Shown piece after piece: positions 38,009-44,673 of a stretch of DNA of 64,000 bases. The stretch spans positions 356 to 64,355 of the IMG/VR virus record IMGVR_UViG_3300028558_000029. One strand, 5' to 3'. This DNA comes from a virus (Duplodnaviria > Caudoviricetes). The notes below the pieces were generated by a model. That model had not been told where the DNA came from and did not search any database. It was given only the letters and a program-made list of their open reading frames with translations. The translations under genes and the position numbers were made by a program. Every line of letters begins with the position of its first letter. Position 1 is the first letter of the stretch.

Positions 38009-38082
38009 GCTCCGATAGGCAACAGGCAGACCACTCGCCCTCAAAATGCGAGATGCTGACGGCTCGAATCCGTCTCGGAGTA
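38009..38082 (+). tRNA. tRNA-Leu(CAA) second copy, no encoded CCA
   Basis: TCGCC-CTCAAAA-TGCGA (C31.U39), GGCAGAC D loop. Confidence 0.75.
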
Positions 38083-38083
38083 C

Positions 38084-38159
38084 GCTCGGCTAGTTCAGTG
38101 GTAGAACGCGGCTCTCGTACAGCCGATGTCCGGGGTCCGATTCCTCCGGCCGAGCACCA
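38084..38159 (+). tRNA. tRNA-Thr(CGT)
   Basis: CGGCT-CTCGTAC-AGCCG. Confidence 0.88.
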
Positions 38160-38160
38160 T

Positions 38161-38235
38161 GCCGTCGTAGCTCAACAGGAAGAGCCCTGCCTTGTAAGCA
38201 GGATGATCGGGGTTCGAGGCCTCGCGTCGGCTCCA
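38161..38235 (+). tRNA. tRNA-Thr(TGT)
   Basis: CCTGC-CTTGTAA-GCAGG. Confidence 0.88.
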
Positions 38236-38241
38236 TTTCAT

Positions 38242-38319
38242 CCCCTCGTAGCCCAATTGGTAGAGGTGACTCGCTTAGAACGAGTAGGTTGGCAGTTCGA
38301 ATCTAGCCCGAGGGGACCA
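38242..38319 (+). tRNA. tRNA-Leu(TAG), no long variable arm
   Basis: ACTCG-CTTAGAA-CGAGT. Confidence 0.88.
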
Positions 38320-38325
38320 ATTCAC

Positions 38326-38400
38326 GCTGATATAGGCCAGTGGCAGACCGCGATCTTGGTAAGATCGATGACGATGGTCCGATTCCATCTATCAGCTCCA
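38326..38400 (+). tRNA. tRNA-Thr(GGT)
   Basis: CGATC-TTGGTAA-GATCG. Confidence 0.9.
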
Positions 38401-38406
38401 TTCAAC

Positions 38407-38475
38407 GGCAGTGCGAGGAAGGCGCTGGCTCTCATAAGGCCGGCAGCGCTGGGTCAGGTCCAGCCACTGTCACCA
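38407..38475 (+). tRNA. tRNA(CAT) Met/Ile2, D-arm-less
   Basis: 7-bp acceptor, GCTGGCT-CTCATAA-GGCCGGC, degenerate T loop, ACCA; 69 nt. Confidence 0.7.
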
Positions 38476-38481
38476 ATTCAC

Positions 38482-38573
38482 GGGCGGTGGCGTTGGACGC
38501 AAGAGGGCCTTATAAACCCTGCTAGCAGTAGATGACTGTTCTCGACACGGATCGTAACCGTGGCCGCCTACCA
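38482..38573 (+). tRNA. tRNA-Ile(TAT) with long variable arm
   Basis: AGGGC-CTTATAA-ACCCT; AGCAGT/ACTGTT extra arm; 92 nt. Confidence 0.75.
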
Positions 38574-38579
38574 TTCCAT

Positions 38580-38653
38580 GGGCATGTAGCTCAACGGCAG
38601 AGCCGGCGGTCGATAACCGTCAGACCGTGGTTCGACACCACGCTTGCCTACCA
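38580..38653 (+). tRNA. tRNA-Ile(GAT)
   Basis: GGCGG-TCGATAA-CCGTC (C33). Confidence 0.9.
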
Positions 38654-38660
38654 TTTCGAC

Positions 38661-38735
38661 GGGCGGTTAGCTCAGAAGAAGAGCGGGGTTCTTACAAAAC
38701 TCAGGTCGGGATTGCGAAATTCTCACCGCCTACCA
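38661..38735 (+). tRNA. tRNA-Val(TAC)
   Basis: GGGTT-CTTACAA-AACTC; atypical T loop. Confidence 0.85.
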
Positions 38736-38792
38736 ATTAACCCGCCCTCCCGTTCGGGATGAGCCAGTAGCGCTGTGGCGGCAGCAAGTTAT

Positions 38793-38866
38793 TCTCTCCT
38801 CTTTCAATGGCAGGAAGTTCGGCTGTTAACCGAATAATCGGGGTTCGAGTCCCTGGGAGAGAGCCA
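38793..38866 (+). tRNA. tRNA-Asn(GTT)
   Basis: TTCGG-CTGTTAA-CCGAA, U1-A72, G73. Confidence 0.92.
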
Positions 38867-38868
38867 AT

Positions 38869-38944
38869 CGCGCGTCCGTCTATCGGAATGGACATCTGGT
38901 TCTCAACCAGAAGATGTAGGGTTCGACTCCCTAACGCGCGTCCA
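38869..38944 (+). tRNA. tRNA-Glu(CTC)
   Basis: TCTGG-TTCTCAA-CCAGA. Confidence 0.9.
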
Positions 38945-38947
38945 TAT

Positions 38948-39022
38948 CGCCCTGTCGTCTATAGGAAGGACACGCCGCCTTTCAAGCGGGGAACCGGGAT
39001 TCGAATTCCCGCAGGGCGTCCA
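38948..39022 (+). tRNA. tRNA-Glu(TTC)
   Basis: CCGC-CTTTCAA-GCGG. Confidence 0.9.
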
Positions 39023-39030
39023 GTTTACAC

Positions 39031-39102
39031 ACTCTAGCCGTTGGATCGGAGCCGGGCCTTCTAATCCCAGCCGAGTGGGTTCGACCCCCACCTAGAGTTC
39101 CA
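39031..39102 (+). tRNA. tRNA-Arg(TCT)
   Basis: GGGC-CTTCTAA-TCCC; short D arm. Confidence 0.8.
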
Positions 39103-39107
39103 TTCGA

Positions 39108-39177
39108 CGGGGTGCGCTAGGAGCCGAGCGAGCCTTTGACACTCGCAGCGAGATTTCGATTATCTCCACCCCCACCA
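39108..39177 (+). tRNA. tRNA-Gln(TTG) (register ambiguous, GAC also in loop), reduced D arm
   Basis: CGAGC-CTTTGAC-ACTCG; GGGGTG/CACCCC acceptor; ACCA. Confidence 0.6.
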
Positions 39178-39180
39178 ATC

Positions 39181-39263
39181 GGACAGGTGACCTGAGCGGC
39201 CGAAGGCACGGACTCTTAATCCGTTATTCCACATCGTGGGTTCGAATCCCACCCTGTCCTCCA
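39181..39263 (+). tRNA. tRNA-Lys(CTT) with Ser/Tyr-like D arm and 11-nt variable region
   Basis: ACGGA-CTCTTAA-TCCGT; GAGCGGCCGAAGG D loop. Confidence 0.85.
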
Positions 39264-39268
39264 CCGAA

Positions 39269-39351
39269 ACACCGGAAGCGTAAACCCTGGCTGGGCTGGG
39301 AACGGCCTTTTAACCCGTGCGCAAGGGGTCCGATTCCCCTCCGGTGTTCCA
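39269..39351 (+). tRNA. tRNA-Lys(TTT) with expanded acceptor-to-D linker
   Basis: ACGGC-CTTTTAA-CCCGT; ACACCGG/CCGGTGT acceptor. Confidence 0.75.
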
Positions 39352-39380
39352 TATGTTAAATTCAGAACCAGGAGGTAGCG

Positions 39381-39932
39381 ATGATGACCGATCTTCCGCC
39401 ATCCCTGGTTCTGAATGCCGATTTCCGCCCCGTCCAATGCCTGCCGCTGTCGACGATGTCCTGGCAGGAAACCATCCACAACACAGTGGCGGGCGATGTC
39501 TCGGTGGTCGCCGAGTACGATATCGACGTTCACTCGCAGAACGTAACGATGCGGCTGCCTAGCGTCATCGCGCTCCGCGCGTTCGTCAAGCCACGGCTCC
39601 GGCCATCGCTGACCCGGCACAACCTTCTGGTCCTCCGGGACAAGTCGTGCTGCGCGTACTGCGGACAGCGCTTCCCGATGGACATGCTGACCTATGATCA
39701 CGTCGTGCCGCGCTCTCATGGCGGCCGGACGAGCTGGGAAAACATGGTTTCAGCGTGCGAGCGTTGCAACTCGACGAAGCTGGACCGGACGCCTGAAAAG
39801 GCCGGTATGCCCCTCCTGTGGAGGCCGCGCCTGCCGAGCATGGAGGAGCTGGCTCGCGCTGACTACTATCTGCGCCAGCGCAAGATTCACGAGACGTGGA
39901 AAGAGTTCCTGCCGTTCCTTGAGGCAGCCTGA
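39381..39932 (+). CDS. HNH endonuclease embedded in tRNA array
   Basis: LVLNAD.RP...RD...CAYCG...TYDHVVPRSHGG.TSWEN.V.AC..CN..K; AGGAGG SD. Confidence 0.93.
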   Translation: MMTDLPPSLVLNADFRPVQCLPLSTMSWQETIHNTVAGDVSVVAEYDIDVHSQNVTMRLPSVIALRAFVKPRLRPSLTRHNLLVLRDKSCCAYCGQRFPMDMLTYDHVVPRSHGGRTSWENMVSACERCNSTKLDRTPEKAGMPLLWRPRLPSMEELARADYYLRQRKIHETWKEFLPFLEAA

Positions 39933-39936
39933 GTTT

Positions 39937-40010
39937 ATCCGATAGGTGTTACGGTAGCATGGCTGGCTCCAACCCAGCTGGAGAGGGTTCAATTCCTTCA
40001 TCGGATGCCA
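39937..40010 (+). tRNA. tRNA-Trp(CCA)
   Basis: GCTGG-CTCCAAC-CCAGC, G73. Confidence 0.92.
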
Positions 40011-40013
40011 ATT

Positions 40014-40085
40014 GCATGGTGAACAGATGGTGAGTGGGCGAGCTGCAACCTCGCCAAAGCCCGTTCGATTCGGGCACCATGCTCC
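40014..40085 (+). tRNA. tRNA-Cys(GCA)
   Basis: GCGAG-CTGCAAC-CTCGC, U73; followed by CCC not CCA. Confidence 0.85.
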
Positions 40086-40171
40086 CACTACCCCTGCGGC
40101 CCTTCACCGGGGCGGCTTTCGCGACGAGTAGCGCTACGTCCATCGCCACGCTACCGCAGGGACTGGTTTAT

Positions 40172-40248
40172 GGTGACGTTGGCTGAGAGGCTATGGCGCT
40201 GGATTGTGAGTCCAGAAAACGTCGGTTCGATCCCGACACGTCACCCCA
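40172..40248 (+). tRNA. tRNA-His(GTG) with G-1:C73
   Basis: CTGGA-TTGTGAG-TCCAG; 8-bp acceptor. Confidence 0.92.
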
Positions 40249-40254
40249 ATTCAC

Positions 40255-40330
40255 GCGCTGCTAGCAATGGTGGTCCATGCGCCGGTCTGAAGAGCCGGAC
40301 ATCTCCGTTCGATCCGGAGGCAGCGCACCA
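40255..40330 (+). tRNA. tRNA-Phe(GAA)
   Basis: CCGGT-CTGAAGA-GCCGG. Confidence 0.9.
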
Positions 40331-40336
40331 TTCCAA

Positions 40337-40426
40337 GGGTGGTTTCGCAGGGCGGCCCCTGTCACGGTCCCGAAAACCGATGATAGCAGCGATGCTATGG
40401 AGATCGACACTACCAGCCACCCGCCA
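40337..40426 (+). tRNA. tRNA-Ser(CGA)
   Basis: CGGT-CCCGAAA-ACCG, long variable arm, G73. Confidence 0.8.
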
Positions 40427-40430
40427 ACAT

Positions 40431-40518
40431 GGAGAGCAGAGCCAGCCGGGCTGGACCGAGTTTGCTAAACTCGTGATGCCTGAAATGGCATGGGGTCCAA
40501 CTCCCCCACTCTCCGCCA
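40431..40518 (+). tRNA. tRNA-Ser(GCT)
   Basis: CGAGT-TTGCTAA-ACTCG, long variable arm, G73. Confidence 0.85.
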
Positions 40519-40521
40519 TTC

Positions 40522-40635
40522 ATGAAGAAGACCAAGCCCAGGAAGCCACGGATACGGTGGTCGGTGCGCCCGGTGACGAAAGTCATTCCGGACAAGCGCA
40601 ACCGGCCACCGCGTTTTCGCGCGCCTATCGTTTAA
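40522..40635 (+). CDS. 37-aa highly basic peptide (MKKTKPRKPRIRWSVRPVTKVIPDKRNRPPRFRAPIV)
   Basis: ATG 3 nt after last tRNA CCA; no SD; contains long hairpin. Confidence 0.5.
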   Translation: MKKTKPRKPRIRWSVRPVTKVIPDKRNRPPRFRAPIV

Positions 40636-40813
40636 ACTTAACGATCCGACGGCACTCCGCCAGGACAACATTGTCCTCCCCGACCCACCCGATCCGCTCA
40701 CGATTACAGGCCAGCTCGGTTTCAAACTGGCCTGTAGCCATGCTCCAGCAGTTTGGCTGCCGGGTGACCTCAGACCACCCGGCGCACCACACTATGAGCA
40801 ACGTGAAGGTCAC
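40625..40813 (-). CDS. small Cys-containing hypothetical protein
   Basis: GTGA-coupled to 40810 gene; hydrophobic N-terminus. Confidence 0.5.
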   Translation of the reverse strand: MTFTLLIVWCAGWSEVTRQPNCWSMATGQFETELACNRERIGWVGEDNVVLAECRRIVKFKR

Positions 40814-41613
40814 GCTTGCGAAGCGTTCAGGATGGCCATCTTGATGCTGGTCTGTGGCGACGGCTTCGGCCACTTGCGCGCAAGCAAAACCTCCCTGGTC
40901 AAGCCAAGGCTGGCCAGGGACTTTTCGACGTTGATCTTCCGGTACGGGACGGCAGTATTGCTGCTATTGTACCAACGGTAGACGCGGTCATAGCAGAGGC
41001 CGGTTTCTTCGTCCTTCTCCCGGAGAACCTTGACCACCTCGCCGTTCTTGTAGGCCGTGCCACTCTTCTTCGCGGCGACAACTATGGGATCGGCGTCGGG
41101 ACGTAGCCCACCGCCGTTGGCAAGCGCCTTGCGACGGTTGATAGAGGCCTGGAGTCGGCTCAGGTCGCTGTGTTTGTCACCGTGACGGCCGAAGGCAACT
41201 TCGTCCTCTGTCTTGCCAAGCGCCTTGAGCGACGCCTCGACATTGATCACGTCGCGCCACGTGCGATTACGGTAGACCTTGTCGTAGACAAGGCGGTCGA
41301 CAGAAGTAGATGGGGTGCCGCCGAACTTCTCGGTCATTACCCTGATCTCTTCGGCACTTTTCGGTGCTGGTCGGGCTTTTGGCGTGAGCGGAACGATCTT
41401 CTCAGGCTTTGTGGAGAGTGGTCCAACCGCAGCGATCACGGCCTCCTCGAAGCTGATTTCTCCGTATGAATTGATGTTGGCGACATCGACGGTTTCGGTA
41501 AGGACCTTGGTGAACCTAACCCCCTTGGCCTGTAGGGCGCGCAGCGCCCGCACCACCGCCGTCTCTGGCTCAAGTGTCTCAAAGCGAACGATCATCCGTA
41601 TTTGGTCACTCAT
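40810..41613 (-). CDS. hypothetical protein with duplicated YDxVYR...INVExSLxxLGxT module
   Basis: GGAGG SD before MSDQIR; internal repeat. Confidence 0.7.
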   Translation of the reverse strand: MSDQIRMIVRFETLEPETAVVRALRALQAKGVRFTKVLTETVDVANINSYGEISFEEAVIAAVGPLSTKPEKIVPLTPKARPAPKSAEEIRVMTEKFGGTPSTSVDRLVYDKVYRNRTWRDVINVEASLKALGKTEDEVAFGRHGDKHSDLSRLQASINRRKALANGGGLRPDADPIVVAAKKSGTAYKNGEVVKVLREKDEETGLCYDRVYRWYNSSNTAVPYRKINVEKSLASLGLTREVLLARKWPKPSPQTSIKMAILNASQA

Positions 41614-41685
41614 AATTTCCTCCAAATTGCAAACACAAAACCGATCGTCTTATATATCGGCGATCGTCTAAATGCAAGATAATTG

Positions 41686-41699
41686 TTGCATACATGCAC
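41686..41699. promoter_or_regulatory. operator copy (TTGCATACATGCAC) in divergent promoter region
   Basis: Matches repeated 14-bp palindrome; overlaps a -35-like TTGCAT. Confidence 0.6.
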
Positions 41700-41740
41700 T
41701 GGTCGATATATTGTGTTGCTCGACCTTGATGAGGGGACCG

Positions 41741-42214
41741 ATGCGAAATCTGCCTGAATTGAAGGATGTGGCAGCCACCTCCGACACCGATCTGGCTAAG
41801 CTGGATACGGACGCCATACTGGCGCTGCGAAGCGAGGCCGCCGAGAAAATCGAGTGGCTGGCCAAGGCGATCAATCGCCTTAACATGACGGTTCGCTCTC
41901 GCTACCAGAGCGAGCTGACCGCGCTGCGCCTGTCTTCCAAGAAGGACACCGGCACCGTCTCGTTCCAGAGCGGCGACTACATGGTCAAGTCGGAAATCGG
42001 CAAGACCGTGAAGTGGGACCAGGACAAGCTGGAGACGATTTACAAGGCCATCCTGATGGCGGGCGACCAGCCGTCGGAGTACATAAAGGTCACCTACTCG
42101 GTCGGCGAGCGCGAGTACAATGCGTGGCCGGACCTGATCAAGGCGAGGTTCGCGCCCGCCCGCACCGTCAAGCCGGGCGCTGAAAACATCACCGTGGAGA
42201 AGATCGAGGAATGA
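41741..42214 (+). CDS. conserved phage replication/recombination-module protein
   Basis: KDTGTV.F......K.VKWDQ..L...Y.V.E..Y.AWP; GAGGGG SD. Confidence 0.75.
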   Translation: MRNLPELKDVAATSDTDLAKLDTDAILALRSEAAEKIEWLAKAINRLNMTVRSRYQSELTALRLSSKKDTGTVSFQSGDYMVKSEIGKTVKWDQDKLETIYKAILMAGDQPSEYIKVTYSVGEREYNAWPDLIKARFAPARTVKPGAENITVEKIEE

Positions 42215-43056
42215 CCCTACGCATCGTATCGGCCGATGAGCGTCTGGCCCAGCTGACCAAGAAGGATACTGTCGCCATCTTTGGTCCGGTTTCGTCTGGG
42301 AAAACCAGCCTGCTCCGCACCATCGATCCGGCGACCGTGCTGGTAATCGACATGGAGTCGGGCCTGCGCTCGGTCAGTGACGTGCCTTTTGACACGGCGG
42401 CCGTCAAGTCGTTCATGGACTTCGCTGACCTGTCGGTGATCCTCGGCGGACCGAACCCGGCGCTGCGAGCGCAGGACCTTCTGTCCAGCGCCCACTATGC
42501 GGCGGCCATCGAACGGCAGGGCAAGATCGACACCAGTAAATACAACCTTCTGTTCGTCGACAGCCTGACCGAGCTGACGCGGCTGGCCGCCCAGTACGTC
42601 AAGACGCTGCCCGGCTCCATGGTCGAGAAAAAGAACAGCGGCGGGCAGATGATCGACGACAATTTCTTCGTCTATCGCGAGCTGGCCGGCGGCGTTCTGG
42701 GCTGCCTGCGCCACCTTCAGCACAATGCGCCGATGACCGTAGTCATGGTCGGCATCCTGGAACAGCGCACCGACGACTTCAATCGCGTGACGTGGCAGCC
42801 GCAGATGGCAGGCGCGGCGATCGGCCGCGAGCTGCCCGGCCTGCTCGACCACGTCTTCATCCTGAGCCAGTTCAACTATGAGAACGGTTCGTTTACACAT
42901 GCCCCCGGTATCGGTGAGCATCGCTGTTTCGTCACCCAGGTTCCCAATAGCTGGGGCCTGCCGGCCAAGAGTCGCAGCCAGCATCTTCTCGACGTTGTCG
43001 AGAAAGGCGACCTAGGCTACATCCTTTCCAAGATCAACGGAGGTAAGCAAGCATGA
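42211..43056 (+). CDS. AAA_24/Sak4-like ATPase
   Basis: GPVSSGKT, IDMESG, FVDSLT, AKSR motifs. Confidence 0.88.
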   Translation: MTLRIVSADERLAQLTKKDTVAIFGPVSSGKTSLLRTIDPATVLVIDMESGLRSVSDVPFDTAAVKSFMDFADLSVILGGPNPALRAQDLLSSAHYAAAIERQGKIDTSKYNLLFVDSLTELTRLAAQYVKTLPGSMVEKKNSGGQMIDDNFFVYRELAGGVLGCLRHLQHNAPMTVVMVGILEQRTDDFNRVTWQPQMAGAAIGRELPGLLDHVFILSQFNYENGSFTHAPGIGEHRCFVTQVPNSWGLPAKSRSQHLLDVVEKGDLGYILSKINGGKQA

Positions 43057-43724
43057 CTGGTTTCATGAATTTCAACGATGCCGGCCCGCAATACGAGATG
43101 GGGACCGTCATTCCTGACGGCACCCTGGCGCGCGTAACGCTTCATATCGTCGACGGCCCGGTCCCCGGTCCATCCCAGACCGATGGCGCGATCCTGCACC
43201 CATCCAAGACCAGCGACGTGCTCCAGCTGCGCACCGAGTTCACCGTGGTCGCCGGTCCCTTCACCAAGCGCAAGTTCTGGCCGAACTTCACCATCTCCGG
43301 CGGAGAGCAGGACGATCATGGCGTGTCGAAGGGCTGGAACATCAGCAAGGCGCAGATCAGGGCGATCATCGAGTCGGCCTTCAATTTCCGTCCCGACGAC
43401 ATGTCGGCCGTGGCGCAGCAGCGCCGCCAGCTCAACGGCTTCCGGGCCCTTGAGGGTCTGGAGTTTGCTGTGAAGATCGGGATCGAGAAGGGCACCGGCC
43501 AGTACAAGGACAAGAACCGCCTGACCGCCATCATCACGCCAGACGACAAGAACTACGGACTGGTCATGGGCACGGCGACGATGACGCCGGGCGGCTGGAC
43601 CATCCAGAGCCAGCCGGCTCCGGCCCCTGTCCAGGGTGGCGTGATGGCTCCGGTGAACAATGGCGGCGCTGCCGGTGGCGGCGCAGTGCCGCTGGCGCAG
43701 AAGCCGGCATGGCTGAACGACTGA
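43053..43724 (+). CDS. putative ssDNA-binding protein
   Basis: Follows Sak4-like ATPase; GPF.KRKFW, YKDKN, C-terminal KPAW. Confidence 0.65.
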   Translation: MTGFMNFNDAGPQYEMGTVIPDGTLARVTLHIVDGPVPGPSQTDGAILHPSKTSDVLQLRTEFTVVAGPFTKRKFWPNFTISGGEQDDHGVSKGWNISKAQIRAIIESAFNFRPDDMSAVAQQRRQLNGFRALEGLEFAVKIGIEKGTGQYKDKNRLTAIITPDDKNYGLVMGTATMTPGGWTIQSQPAPAPVQGGVMAPVNNGGAAGGGAVPLAQKPAWLND

Positions 43725-43939
43725 CGGAGAACGAATGGCAGGCCCGGACCACCGAACAGGCCGGGCTTGCCATTGGTGAGTGGCTGCTGGCCGGGAACAA
43801 GCTGAAATGGCGGGTAGAGCAACTTACAAGAGCCGATCTGGCCGCTATGGCAAGCAACGCCATAAGCCGGTACATCCAGCTGCGCCAGGATCGGGAGTCC
43901 GAAGGAAAGCTGTCCCCCTGGTTCGAACAGGATGTGTAG
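43709..43939 (+). CDS. hypothetical protein
   Basis: Coupled ORF. Confidence 0.65.
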   Translation: MAERLTENEWQARTTEQAGLAIGEWLLAGNKLKWRVEQLTRADLAAMASNAISRYIQLRQDRESEGKLSPWFEQDV

Positions 43940-44067
43940 TCTGCGGCTGGGAATGCGGGGGCATCGCCTATCAGAAGCCGAACACGGCCAATGCCCCCAC
44001 CTACCATTTCTGCTCCATGGTGTGCAGCGACATCGCCATGCTTTCGATCAATGACAGGGGTCAATTC

Positions 44068-44262
44068 ATGCCGAACGAGCTGACCAGTATGGAGGCCAAG
44101 GCAATTCGGTTCGCCAGGGCCTACTTCGCCGACGCCCTGGCCACGACTGGGCTGATGGAGCCATTCGCCAATGCCAACGCGCAGCAGATCGACACGCTGA
44201 TCGAGGCGTGCTGGCGCGGGTGCCGGCGGGGGATGGCAGAGCAATCGGAGGTGCCTTTCTGA
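44068..44262 (+). CDS. DUF6511-like protein (may extend upstream to a CxxC/CxxxC segment)
   Basis: LT..E..AI......LIEAC; C-terminal EVPF. Confidence 0.55.
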   Translation: MPNELTSMEAKAIRFARAYFADALATTGLMEPFANANAQQIDTLIEACWRGCRRGMAEQSEVPF

Positions 44263-44489
44263 TGGCAAAATTCCGTGAAGTCCGTGACATCGCGCTTCGA
44301 ACGCTCGCCGATCACGGCGTCGACGACTATTCGATCGAGCCGACCGGCAGCACTCACTTCCGATTGCGATGGGAGCACAATGGCAAGAAGCTGGCCTACA
44401 TGCTGGCCGCATCGCCATCCGATCGACGTGTAAACAAAACTATTCGGGCCGACCTTCGGCGAATGATGAGGGGGATTAATTATGAATGA
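44262..44489 (+). CDS. HicA-like small protein
   Basis: GSTHFRL.......ASPSDRR pattern. Confidence 0.5.
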   Translation: MAKFREVRDIALRTLADHGVDDYSIEPTGSTHFRLRWEHNGKKLAYMLAASPSDRRVNKTIRADLRRMMRGINYE

Positions 44490-44673
44490 ACACAAGCCTT
44501 CTGCTGAAGAAATTCTTCAGAACGAACGCCATGGCTACGACGATGCGATTATCGCCAAAATGGTTGAGGACTTCGCTTTTCGTTGGGGACCGAAACCAAA
44601 AATACGAATTCGTAGAATTTGTTAGCAGCCTTGCGGCTATTCTTTATGTAGTCAATACAAAAGCGTCCAGGCA

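Noticed and set aside
38736-38792. HDV-like theta ribozyme after tRNA-Val
   Set aside because: A CCC-TCCCGTTC-GGG P3/L3-like element exists, but no P1 partner could be found upstream
36666-40518. Stop-codon recoding via suppressor tRNAs (TCA in 37767 and 38009 loops, CTA in 39031 loop, TTA in Lys loops)
   Set aside because: Stem registers place CAG, CAA, TCT, CTT and TTT at 34-36; TAA, TAG and TGA all terminate intact conserved genes
36672-40844. ORFs predicted across the tRNA array (e.g. 37879..38535, 40170..40844)
   Set aside because: They overlap well-formed tRNA genes and are not protein-like; only the HNH ORF is supported
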